A DNA stretch of 64,000 nucleotides from Moniliella sp. 'wahieum' (taxonomy: Eukaryota). The stretch covers positions 1-64,000 of the forward strand of contig RSEE01000166.1 of assembly GCA_003971905.1 (NCBI GenBank), read 5' to 3'. The notes below the pieces were generated by a model, which saw nothing but the letters and a program-made list of their open reading frames with translations, was not told the DNA's origin and searched no databases. The first letter of the stretch is position 1; every line of letters begins with the position of its first letter. Of the stretch, positions 10,158-20,724 are shown one piece after another. The translations under genes were made by a program, and so were the position numbers.

Positions 10158-11729
10158 AGCGGTTGCCACGTGGAGAGTTCGGAGTATTTGCCAAGCAAAG
10201 GAGGTGCTGGCCACCCACCCCCGTCGTGGCTGCCTCAGGTGCACGTGGCACGGGAGGGCTGGTTCGCTACCACTGCAATACATAGGAACATATGCCAAAA
10301 CACTACGCAGGCAAGGCCCCATAGGCTTGACGCTTGCCTGGGTGGCAGTTTCTCTGTGTTGGATGGCACTTACAACTAACTTACAACCACAACTTAAAGC
10401 ATCGATCATCAGTGTTGGAAGCAGATTGAATGTGCCTTCGGTATTGACAAGAGAACCGACTAATGACTGGCACACAGAGGCGAGGGAAACAATCAAAGAG
10501 CACAGATGCGTAGTATACTTGCCGGCGGGGCGGTGGTTTATTATGGTTAGCCCAGACGGTGCAGAGGAGTCCGGTGCTCTGTGGGACAAACGCTAACCGT
10601 TACTAGGCAAGGAAGCCAGTACCACTGTTGATTCAACTCCTACCATTCCGCCATGGGCAGCAAAATGAATCGCCGGCCGTCTATGCTCAAGGGGCCTGGG
10701 TCTGCCGTTTTTTTCCTGGCCAGAGAAAACACCGTGGTCGGCGAGTGGCGCAGACTGGCCTTTCTCTGCCACCACCACCACCACCATTACCCCTTGGGCC
10801 TGCTCTGTCTCTTTCTTTCCCTCCTCCGTTCTTTGGTTTTTCTTTCTTTCCCGGTCATGTGGGGTGGTATCATGCATGACATTGCTCCGGGTGGTACTGC
10901 TGCGCCCCGAGTCAACGAGGGCCTGTCGCTGCTTCAGTACCGTGACCAGGACACGGCAGGGATCGTGTCATGTGGTCCTGATGCAAAGGCAACGGTTAAT
11001 AGGTGCGTGACGTGTTTAATGCCTCGGCGCTCAGCGTGTGGTGGGAAACATGGGCATTTGTCATGTCCGCTACCCTACCGCTGGCTATCCAACCACGCGG
11101 AAGCCCAACCGTTCTACGTCAACTCGCCCTACGGCATTACCTTTGCCCATCTAGGCCTGGTTCCTTCTGTGATATAAGCAACCATGTCTAAGGCTTGCTA
11201 GCTGTGGTCCTTGTCGACCATCCTGTCTTTGGTCTCCCCAACTACCCTTCTCTCTCGCCCTTCCACCTTCTAGTGTGTTAGCCCATCTGTGGTGGTCACA
11301 GAACGGTTGGAACCGTCGGACATTGCGGACGTAAAACCGCGTAGCTTGACGGCCTGACGCGTGACGTATTTTGCTTGACGATCAAGGTTAGGATTAGCAG
11401 CAGCCGAACGGCGGATTGAAATTGAATCCATTCCCTCCTCCCGATTCACGCTGCGGGGCACCACGCACGGGCCAGGGGCTGTGAAAGTGGGCCAAAGCCT
11501 GGGGTGAGCTCCGCGCACAGACCTGCCCAAGCCCCTTCCTCGCCATCCCCCACCACCATCGCCATGCCCCCTCCTCCCCGCCCGTCGCTCCCTCCTACCA
11601 ACCACAGCCCGCCCGCCTGTCCGGGCCGCGTGGCCTGCTCGGGCTGCGTTGCCGCCAGCCCTCCACACCACTGCCCTCTTGTGCCACCCCTACTGCACTG
11701 GCGTCCAAGAGGCCACTTCTGGGCTGGCC

Positions 11730-12712
11730 ATGCACAACACGGCCCGCCAAGGCTTTGACCTCTCGGGCTCATCCGGGCTCTACGACCGCGCCCGGCCTAG
11801 CTGTGCGTCTATCCGCTGCCTTTCCTTTGCGCGATGATGGCGAGAGGGCGCGACTGAGGCTGACGTCTCTAACCCCCCAGACCCGGATGAGGCGCTGGAT
11901 GCGATTTTGGACGCACCGCAGAGCCAGAAGACTGAAAGTAGCTGAGCTTGGTTCCGGTACTGGCATCTCCACCGCGCTCTACTTTTGCGTGCGGGTGCCC
12001 GGGGTAACCCCTGGCGTCGCTCGATGCGTTGAGAGTCGGAAGGCATGCGCGCCAACTGGGAAGCAACCACAGCCGCGATCCTTCATACTCCCGCCTACCA
12101 GGGAAGCGTGGTGCCCGGAGGCCATGTGCGTTGCCACCCAGGCACACTTTGACTCATTCGCTGCCACCGCTGGGCCGGGGACCTTAGATCTGGTCTTGGT
12201 CGCCAGGCTTGGCATTGGACGCCTGATTTAACGCAGCTCTGGCTGAAGTGGCCCGAGCGCTTCGCCCGGGCGGCGTGCTGGCGCTGCTTTGGAACCTGGA
12301 GGACCGTGATGGCGCGCGCTGGGTGGCCCACTAAGGCAGATGTACGAGGCTTATGAACATGGAGCCCACAGTACCACCGCGGCTCCTGGCAGGCCATGTA
12401 TGCCCAAGATGCGATGCCTATTCGAACTGCATACCCCACTGCATTTGAAGCGTGTCATCCCGGCACTAAGCAGAGCGTCAAGATCGTGTGTTTAGCAAGT
12501 CTCTCCTCTTGCCATCGGAGCAGAAACAAGTTGTCGACACGTTTATAGACCATCTCTGGACGAACCCGACGCGGACCTGGACCGCAAATGGATCGACGAA
12601 GAAAAAAAAGACTTTTGAATACGTGCGCTACCTCTGTCCTCTCCCCGTCCACACCCATGACCTCTTCCCCCTTACTCCAGCATATCGTCATGCTGCAAAA
12701 GTTTTATACTGA
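11730..12712 (+). CDS. class I SAM-dependent methyltransferase (Methyltransf_11 / Crg1-Tmt1-like), frameshifted
   Basis: MHNTARQGF...LYDRARPS|YP across intron ~11803-11880. Motif I VAELGSGTGIST, then DLVLVA-QAWHW and ALRPGGVLALLWNLEDRD. Confidence 0.85.
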
Positions 12713-12958
12713 CTTGTTTTACTGTGCCCCAGCCCCCAACTGCACGGATGTCTATCTCTTCACCAGAAATGAAGCTGCTCCCCCCTGTAGCTACTGCGCT
12801 CGTGCCCATGTGCATAAACTCTCTTTTCCAATTGCATCACTCTGAACGGTTGGGTGAGATCAGTGGCGATGTCATTGGGCTGTGTCCATTTAGACCAGGG
12901 AGTGGGTAGAATGGACGTAAGCCGAAGCCGAAGGAAATGGGACAACCACCCCTGCTAG

Positions 12959-14717
12959 TCACAGCGTTCCGGCCTTGCTAGCGTGGCAATGATTGCACCA
13001 GTGCGCGCTAAAGTCCGCACCAATTCAGAAGACTCCAGCATACCACGAAAGTCACGAGGCTAGCCAGTTATAGTGACACCACCGTCGTCAGCATCCAAGT
13101 TTGATCATCACAAAATGGAAGGATTAAAGGCGTACCGTAGATACAGCAAATGGATCGGAATCGATGCTGGCCACGACACTACCTGGATGGGGACTGGAGA
13201 TAAGCATCAATGTGTTAGAGAAGAATAATACAAAGAAAGAAGAGGTAAGATGATATTGGGGGGGAACGTACGAATCACTTATGGACAGACAAGGAGTGCA
13301 AAACCGGAGGTCGATAGATGCCTTCCATTCGGATTGACAAATCAGGGAAAAGAAAAAAAACAAGCCAGTCTCCCATCCACATCGCGCGCCACAGTTACCG
13401 AAGAAACGATTTACCATCCAACGCCCGTTTCTTCCCAAGTTTTTTGTGTGCAGAACAGCGGGTGTGGGGTGTACGGATTGTTCAGGCAAATTTGTTGAAG
13501 AAGAGTAAATAGTCCGTTCCATACCCGGTGTGAGGATGTATCGCTGCAGCTGGCTCAACTGCCTCATTTAGCAGACTGGCTTGCATGATTAGCGGCGGAA
13601 GAATACCGAGAATTGCTTCGGCTGTGAACTCGGTTTCCCCCCCTGCTCTCTGCTTCAGACTCGGAAGCTATTAAGTCATACCCCTCCTTTGTCTGGATGT
13701 GCAGCTGGATGATGGCAGCAGGGTCCAAGGGCCTACGGTCCTGGTCCCCCACACATGCGACCTTGCAAAGGTTGCTCGCGAAGCACCAAACCAAACTGCA
13801 GCGTGTTGATGTCCAAGTCGATTACAGTTGGGGAAACTGTTGACGACGAGGCTACTGCTTGATTATCACGCCCATAAAGAGGCATTGGAAGACCTGAGGC
13901 CCGTGGCATGGGTTGGGCAGTCCCAGAGCAGCTTCGACCTGCAGGAGAGAATTGGCTGTGGTCAGAAGAAGTCTTCTAGACCACTTCGTTGGGAATGATG
14001 CATACCCTCACGGGATGGTGTAGACACGTCCGATCCCCTCACGACCCACGTGGGACGGTCGCTTGCGCGATTCTTGTTTATGAGAGGTTGAATGAAGTGG
14101 TGGTGAAGAGCGGCGAGGTGGACTGGCGCTGCGACGCCGCATAGCCGAGGGCCAAAAAGGTATGAGCTCCTTCTGTTGAGTGCGAAGATTGGGCGGGGCG
14201 GCGACGGCGAGTGGGCCGATAGAGTTACTCGAACGTGGCGATGCTTTAGACGAAACGGTCGCGCATGAGGACCGTTGGTATCTATAAGCTGGCGACGGAG
14301 CAAGATTGGGATGGCGCCGTCAGATATGTGGCCCAGTGTGTTGTTCAAACTTGGCCTTTTAGAGTAGGTGCGATGGTTACGCTCCGCCCCCCTGCGGGAC
14401 GATGAGTCGATGTGAGTGGGTGTCAAGAAGAAATGCTGGTGGAAGTGGACGCGAGTACATAGCACCTTCATGATTTCTGGACAACGGTAATGAGGTACTT
14501 GCACCTTGAGAGGAAGGATTGAGAAGGGAGGATATGGTAGGGAGCGCCCTAATAGTAGGTCGGGATGGGACAGCCGAACTTTGCGTTGGATTGGTTGAAG
14601 CCCGAAGTCGTGGGCCATTACCGATAGAACCGCCTCCTGAAGGCGAATGTGATCCCTTGGAACTCGATCCGGAAAGGCGGGACAATCGTTAGGGTGGCTA
14701 GCTCTTCTGCGATCCAT
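12959..14717 (-). CDS. velvet-domain transcriptional regulator (velvet domain C-terminal, several introns, frameshifted)
   Basis: Motifs read across frames: LVLREQPLQGRMCG-GDQDRRPLDPAAIIQL; VSSVTVARDVDGRLACFF-FPDLSIRMEGIYRLRF; SDPFAV; PRDFRGMLESSEL-RTLARTG. These match conserved velvet motifs (QP..ARMCG, DRRP.DP, F.DLSVR.EG.YRLRF, FPGM..ST.LS). The start codon is uncertain. Confidence 0.85.
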
Positions 14718-16189
14718 TTTGCGCCCTGCCGATGAGGCCGTTTGGTCCGGGTAAGGGTACGTGTGTGGAGCGAGGGGTCGTGTTGGAGGTGTTCGGTTGA
14801 CTATCTGACGGTGCCCGGGCTTTTTGGGGTGAATGAGAAAGGTGGCGGTCGCATCAGCGCCATCAGCGTTCACGCGAAAAGCTGCAGAGAAACATGATAC
14901 CCAGTGGGCAACTGAAAAAGGGAGGGAGGATGCGGCATGAGAGCGTACTAGCAAGTGTGCTGGTAGACAAACTGAATGTGATCTCCAGTAGTGTCCGCTT
15001 CGCCCCTTCGAGCTTCAAGCTTCAAGCTTCAAGCTATCATGCACCGTATGTATCGCACAGAGGACCATGTTGGGCACAGGGGTTGGTAGTAATCACATGA
15101 TCACACGATCGATGTGAAAGGTTTGTGAACAAAGATCGGGACTACCCGGTACGATTGCATGATTAAAGCCACAGGCCCTTCCAGTCAGATCTCAGATCTC
15201 GGAGGCCAAAAATAGTCAGGCCTCAGGGCCTGAGCCTCAGGCCTCAGGACCTCAGGCCGTCCGTCAGTCAAACGATGGACTGTCTAAACTCCGACGGTAC
15301 TCTGAGACAGGGTACGAAGTGCTTCGTGCCTTGTGGCTTCAGTGGTTGATTTCCACAGGAGTTGCCACGCAGTCCCCTCTCAGGCCTGAGCCTCAGGCTG
15401 AGGCCTCAGGTGAGGCCCCAGGGCATCAGGCTCAGGCCAGGTGTCAGCATGCACATGTCAAGCTTCAAGAGCTTCAAGCTTCAAGCGTCTCAAGCCTCCT
15501 TCAGGCCTCACTCACTCACCATGGAACACAGCACACCTGTGATACTTCGAACCACAGTAGATATACCAACAGAGGCCAACCGTATGTTGCAGGTAATGAG
15601 TCCACGAGTCCACTGAGGAAGGTGGTAGAAGGTTGAACGTTTTTGAATTTGATGAAGCTTGAAGCTTGAAGCTTGGAGACACTAATAGATGCTCGAAGCA
15701 TTTGGCGCTTGAAGATCTTGAAGAGCTTCAAGCTTGAAGCTTGAAGCAGGATGCAGGAGCCCGCCCCTCTCCGTACGCATACCTCCGCCACAGTTGTACA
15801 TGCTACATGTTACTAGTTACTCTACTGGTGATACAGTGCGTGATTGCTTCGCTAGTGTTGCAGACGAGGATCGACCCGCAACCACAGAACCTGGTTCGGA
15901 GACGGGGAAATTGGCGATTGGAGCGAGCGTCAGGTCAGTGAATACGTACGTTTGTATGTTGATACGTCGGTGTGTTGATGGAACGTTCATGCATGGATGA
16001 CACTTCCATTCATTAATCATTTGGGCTGTGTGATGAATGTGACGCATGTGTGATTTTGTGGATTATAATGGGGCTATGCACTATGTCTGGCCATACACTA
16101 TGCCTGGCCATGCACTATGCCCAGTGGCTAATATTGCTAGAGTGCGACTTGGGAGCACTCGCGATCCTATGGATCAGCTGCGAAGCAGT

Positions 16190-16342
16190 CTTCAGACAAG
16201 GCGTGAAGGCAAAGTGATGAGCCACAAGTCTTCAAGCAACGTCTCATTGTGAGGAGCAACAGGTCAAGAAAGGAAGCAGAGGCGTACCTTCAGACAAGGC
16301 GTGAAGGCAAAGTGGTGAGCCACAAGTCTTCAAGCAACGTCT
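16190..16342. repeat. 55-bp direct repeat pair
   Basis: cttcagacaaggcgtgaaggcaaagt(ga/gg)tgagccacaagtcttcaagcaacgtct at 16190-16244 and 16288-16342, one mismatch. Confidence 0.9.
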
Positions 16343-16987
16343 GAAGGGAAGGAGAAAGGAGAGAGAGAAGGGAGATGGAGCGAGCAGGGCGTGCGCGGCC
16401 TGCGAGCGGAACGCTTCCGCTCGGCTAGGCGAGCGTCACCGATCCATTGAGGGCCGCGCAGGAGAACCCTAGCAGTCCCTCTAACAAATATACCTGGCTA
16501 TTTCCACAGCATCCGTCGCTGTAAAGTTCTTGGACGATGGCTACTCAGTCTGAGTGCTCAGTCTGAGCTGCTCAGTTACTCAGTTACTCAGTACTAACCG
16601 GTCGCCGGCCCATATCTTAGAGAGATACAAAAAAGGGAAAAGTTCGGTGTGGCCACTACTGAGTGACAGAAGTGTGATGCCGCGCTCACGTAAGCCACAC
16701 CGCGCGTGCCAGCCCCAGCAAGTATCGGTGATATTATTTTGCCTCTCCAGCGTGGAAGGGTTCCAGGGTGGAACGGTGGGCCGGTGGCTAAGGTGGCGAC
16801 GCAGCACCAAGCACCAAGCTGGGGCGAAGCCCCAGCTGACCGGGTCGTAGGCCCGGTGGTCTCCTCGTGTCACTGATAGTAATTAGCCTGCCACTCTAAT
16901 CACTAGAAGTCACATGTCACACGTCACACGTCACACGGGTCACTATTAGTCCCTTTCACTGCATGGCAGACCCTTATGGACCCTTCT

Positions 16988-17828
16988 TGTCACGGGCTGC
17001 GGCGGACACGAGATGGTCCGACCCAAGCTAAGGCCCGCCTGCTCCGCACATGCCCAGTAGAGCGTGCACCGCAGGCCAACCAAGTGTGATGATGGTTGGC
17101 TAAATTAAGTATCGTGGCCGAAGGGCCATGCTCCGCGCGACAACAGTCGCCAGTCGGCCGGCCTAAATAAGGCCATCGAGCTTCCAGTGCCGTGGCGGCA
17201 TCTGCCGTCCCGTCCCCGTTTCCGTTTCCTTTCTCGGTCGCGCCTGTGGCGACCAACCCCGCTTTGACATGTCTTCCTTTCTACACCCCCTCTTGTATTC
17301 GTTTCCCTTTTGATCCTGCCTGTACCCCTGGTTGACGGGGATCTTTTCCCCCACCTTCCATTCTCGTCATCCTCTCGTCATCTCTCGTCTCCACCTTCGT
17401 CCCTTTCCCGCCTATCCTGTCCGACTCCTGCCCGTTTTCCAGCCAATTGATCCAGTACAGGCAGCTCCTCTTGTTAGCGTCCGACATCTCCTCCGACCTC
17501 GTCCTCCAGCTCTTCGTCAGTCCAATCGCGCGAACCCTCCTTCGATCGCGGCGATTCCCAGTCTCAGTTGAGGCAGTGTTTGTCCCCCTCTGCCTCCTCC
17601 CGTCCCTAAGTCCCGGAGGCTTCAGACACGTTATACGGCCCAAGCCGGTGCAGACGCAGCCTTGCCACACGTGCAGCCGCCCCACCAAGGCCTCTCCTCG
17701 TCCCTAGCTCCGCTCGGACACACCAACCAGCCTAATCCCGAAACTACCGGAGTCGACCTACCGTCGCCTAAGGGATTGTACCCCAAAAAACTCCAGGGCG
17801 GGCCCCCTGGCGGCGCCCGCCCGTGACA
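16988..17828. mobile_element. solo LTR (841 bp), probably Ty3/gypsy type
   Basis: Starts TGTCACGGGC and ends GCCCGTGACA (10-bp terminal inverted repeat). Flanked by 5-bp TSD CTTCT at 16983-16987 and 17829-17833. No coding domains inside. Confidence 0.88.
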
Positions 17829-17833
17829 CTTCT

Positions 17834-19340
17834 GCTCCAGGTATATGCGTCACGCGTCACTAACGTCATTGTTGACGCCAAGAAGGGACCCGAGACTCCC
17901 TCTACCACCCCCGACGCCAGAAACCCCGAGAGGGTTGAAGCGCTGCTGAGCGCTAACGCGTAACGCCTAATGCTTACGCGTACACTGAAGTATATGCTAA
18001 CTGTGGAGTAAAACACGTCGGTCATTTGTGTGTTTCGTACCTGTTGTAATGCTTGTTGCGCCCCGAATAACAACAAGATCTGACGTGATGCGTGAGGATC
18101 AGGGACAGTGACCTTATCCTCATGGCCTCCAATTCATTGCGGAAAGGTGCTCTCCTCTCTTACCCCAAACAACACTACTTCTCATCGACGCGCTGCTTTA
18201 TGTGAACGGGCCGAGGGACATCGAAATGCCAAGCAATTATTGTTTGTCGGTACTGTAGGTGATGTTAGCACACTGTTTGGGGCGAGAAAGTGGGGCTGTT
18301 GGAGTACTGCAGTGAGTGCGCACGGTCGCCTATCCTATTGTCGACACCGGGTTGAATTCAACCACGCTCAACTCCCTATGCCCGCTGCATCCAACTTGGC
18401 ACTGCAGTCAACAGGCCTCTCAGGGGAGGGGGAGCTGGGGGGTGCAGGCCTCAAGTTGGTTAACGACAGGCGCCCAACGGTCTCCAGCAGACCAGATGGG
18501 CGTCCGGGACGAAGCGCCACTCCAACAAGATGAGCTGGAAGAGTGGCAGCGGGGCGAACCTATACCAGTAACGGGCTTAATACTACGGTTGAGCACAGAA
18601 GTACTGAGTTATTGCGCAGTGATCCATCCCCGGGTCGAGGCCAGCTTCTCTGGCGCATGGAGTTGCCGCGCCCCACGAGTCACTGTGGACGCCCCCGACA
18701 TATCGCGTCGTTGTGCCCGCTCCGAGCAGGCCGCATCTTGGCCTTCATCCAAGGTGCCCTGGGGCACGCTGGGGCTCGTTCGTTCTACGTCGCCTTCGCG
18801 CTCGCTACTATTTCCCGTGCATGGATTAAGCGATCACCCGCTTAGCCCTCCTGGCCTGACCGGCCCGTCGTGAAGCGGCTGTCCTTGTGAGCCCCAAGGA
18901 CAGCTTGGGAGAACGTTCCCCGGCCGGCATCGGCATGTATTGCTACGCCGACTATGGCCACACCGGCTCGTCGGCCCTCTCCTGAGAACACCATTTTCCT
19001 CCTCGTCGATCAGGCATTATATCGAACTTCATTGCCGGGGGCGCTGCTTCCTTCCAAACAGGCAAGGAGACAGGAGTCATGTTGCACACACTGGGTCCGG
19101 CCTTATGGTCCATCTGAGACGCTTACCACGGACTCAGGGGGGGGCATTCGCAGCGACGTGGTTCTCGGACCTGGTCTCGCAAGGCGTGCAGGAAATGCAC
19201 TCAAGCGCGTACCACCTTAAGGCAACGGGCCGGCAGAGGCAACTGTCAAGCATCAGATCAAGCGCTCTCTCAGCCTCGCGCTGCGAGACCCACGCTAAGC
19301 CGCCCTGCTCCGCACTGGAGTTGGACTATGGTGTTGGATT
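17834..19340 (+). pseudogene. degenerate Ty3/gypsy-like pol relic (RT end, RNase H, integrase)
   Basis: NPERVEALL (RT thumb-like), ALGHAG (integrase zinc region), and YGPSETLTTDSGG / GAFAATWFSDL..GVQEMHSSAYHLKATG (rve core D..G..F...SAYHP..NG). RT precedes INT. Many stops and frameshifts. Confidence 0.7.
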
Positions 19341-19361
19341 CTGTTATTCATGCCTATAATG

Positions 19362-19831
19362 TCACGTTTTCCCCAGCCGTGGGAGTCTTCCAGCTACCGC
19401 GTCTTCGGTCGTCGGATCCGCCATCCGGCCGACGGCGCGGTGCATCCGCTCGCTAGTGCTGCCCCCCCGGATCCAGCCATTGCCGCCGACAAGTAGGCAC
19501 CCGTTACTGTTCTGCGGGACCGCATCGCCGAGCGCCGAGAGCTCCAACAGAGTCGGAGGCACGCCCATTTCGATGCCTTTTCAGCACATTCAATTTCTAC
19601 GGCTCCTGGCTCCAGCAGCAGCTTGTTCGACGCACTTCGGACCCTGTGGGCGCCGTGTCCGCTAAATGGACTCTCCGCATTTACGGCTCGCTGGAGCGAC
19701 AGGCACGCCACGTATAGCTTGACCGACGCGACCGGCCGCGTTTTGTCACCGAGACGGCCCTGGTCGTTGGCTCCGTCCGTTCCCCTCCCCTCCGGACGCT
19801 GTCGAGCTTTCCGTTGCCTCTTCCTAGGCAA
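19362..19831 (-). pseudogene. possible tyrosine recombinase relic (DIRS/Ngaro or Crypton-like)
   Basis: SVKLYVACLSLQRAVNAESPF...RVRS resembles the YR N-terminal TIK.YL.AL...G...PF motif, followed by a degenerate A..G..G.L..S segment. Weak. Confidence 0.3.
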
Positions 19832-20724
19832 CCTAAGGGGGGCATGGTTCTGTTGCCACGTGGCAAGCTAGGTCTTCTTCAGTTAGCTTACCTACTCACT
19901 GAACTATTAGGTTTTCTTTTCTTGTAGCAACGCCTGCAGTGTATTTGCCTTACCACCACCTGTATCCCGCTCCCGCTTATACTCGATACTCCTCTCTCTC
20001 CGCTGTATTCGCTGTCTGCATCGTAGAGACTGTTGTGTCTCGCCTGCGTTCTGGCATACTTGCGTCGCTACTGGCCCACTGCACGCGGGCAGGCCCGGGT
20101 GCGTAAGTAGGTTCCATCATATGGTGCGTGCGCCGGCCCGAGGCTTTGGGCTTTCGTTTTACTATCCCTTGACTCTGAGTCGCAGCACGGTCGCGCACTT
20201 GGATCTCGGAGGCTATGATACGTCGCGCTGCCCGAACACGTACACCACGACAGGCAGACAACATGGAACATGTGACATGGCATGACACTGAAGCGTGGGC
20301 GGAGAGGATGCGATCTGAGATCTGGGGATTGAGACTTGCAAGGGCCAGGAGGCGTGCGGTGCGGTAAGAGGCGGTAGGACGCGAGTGTGTGTGGGGGGGG
20401 ATGTATGGACACCAAATGGCACGGTACTCGGGAGAATGGATACACAGGCGGGAAAGGTTTGTGACCACCGAAAGAATCAACAGGAGGCACACGCGCAACA
20501 ACATGCAAGCAAGCAGTGGAGAGAATTCGAGCGGGCATGGAACGGCAAAGCAATATGAGGTGGCGAGGAGGGTGAGGAGGGCGAGGAGGGAGCAACGTTC
20601 CTCCGTTGGTCCGCAGTGTCCTAGGGGGGAGGGGGGAGAAGAGAGGGGCGTGCTGAATGGAGTAGGGGCAATGGTTCGATAGCTAGCAAAAAGAGCGAGC
20701 AAAGGGAAAAGGATGCACGGTGCA

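Noticed and set aside
11730..12712. LaeA ortholog next to velvet
   Set aside because: Motifs (YDRARPSYP, AQAWHW, LLWN) fit the Crg1/Tmt1-like methyltransferase family rather than LaeA.
16404..16470. Helitron 3' end (hairpin + CTAG)
   Set aside because: Neither CTAG is followed by the expected T, the spacing is atypical, and no Rep/helicase sequence is seen.
19880..20120. Small spliced gene on the minus strand next to the TE relics
   Set aside because: Only a short exon with splice-like signals and no recognisable product; insufficient support.
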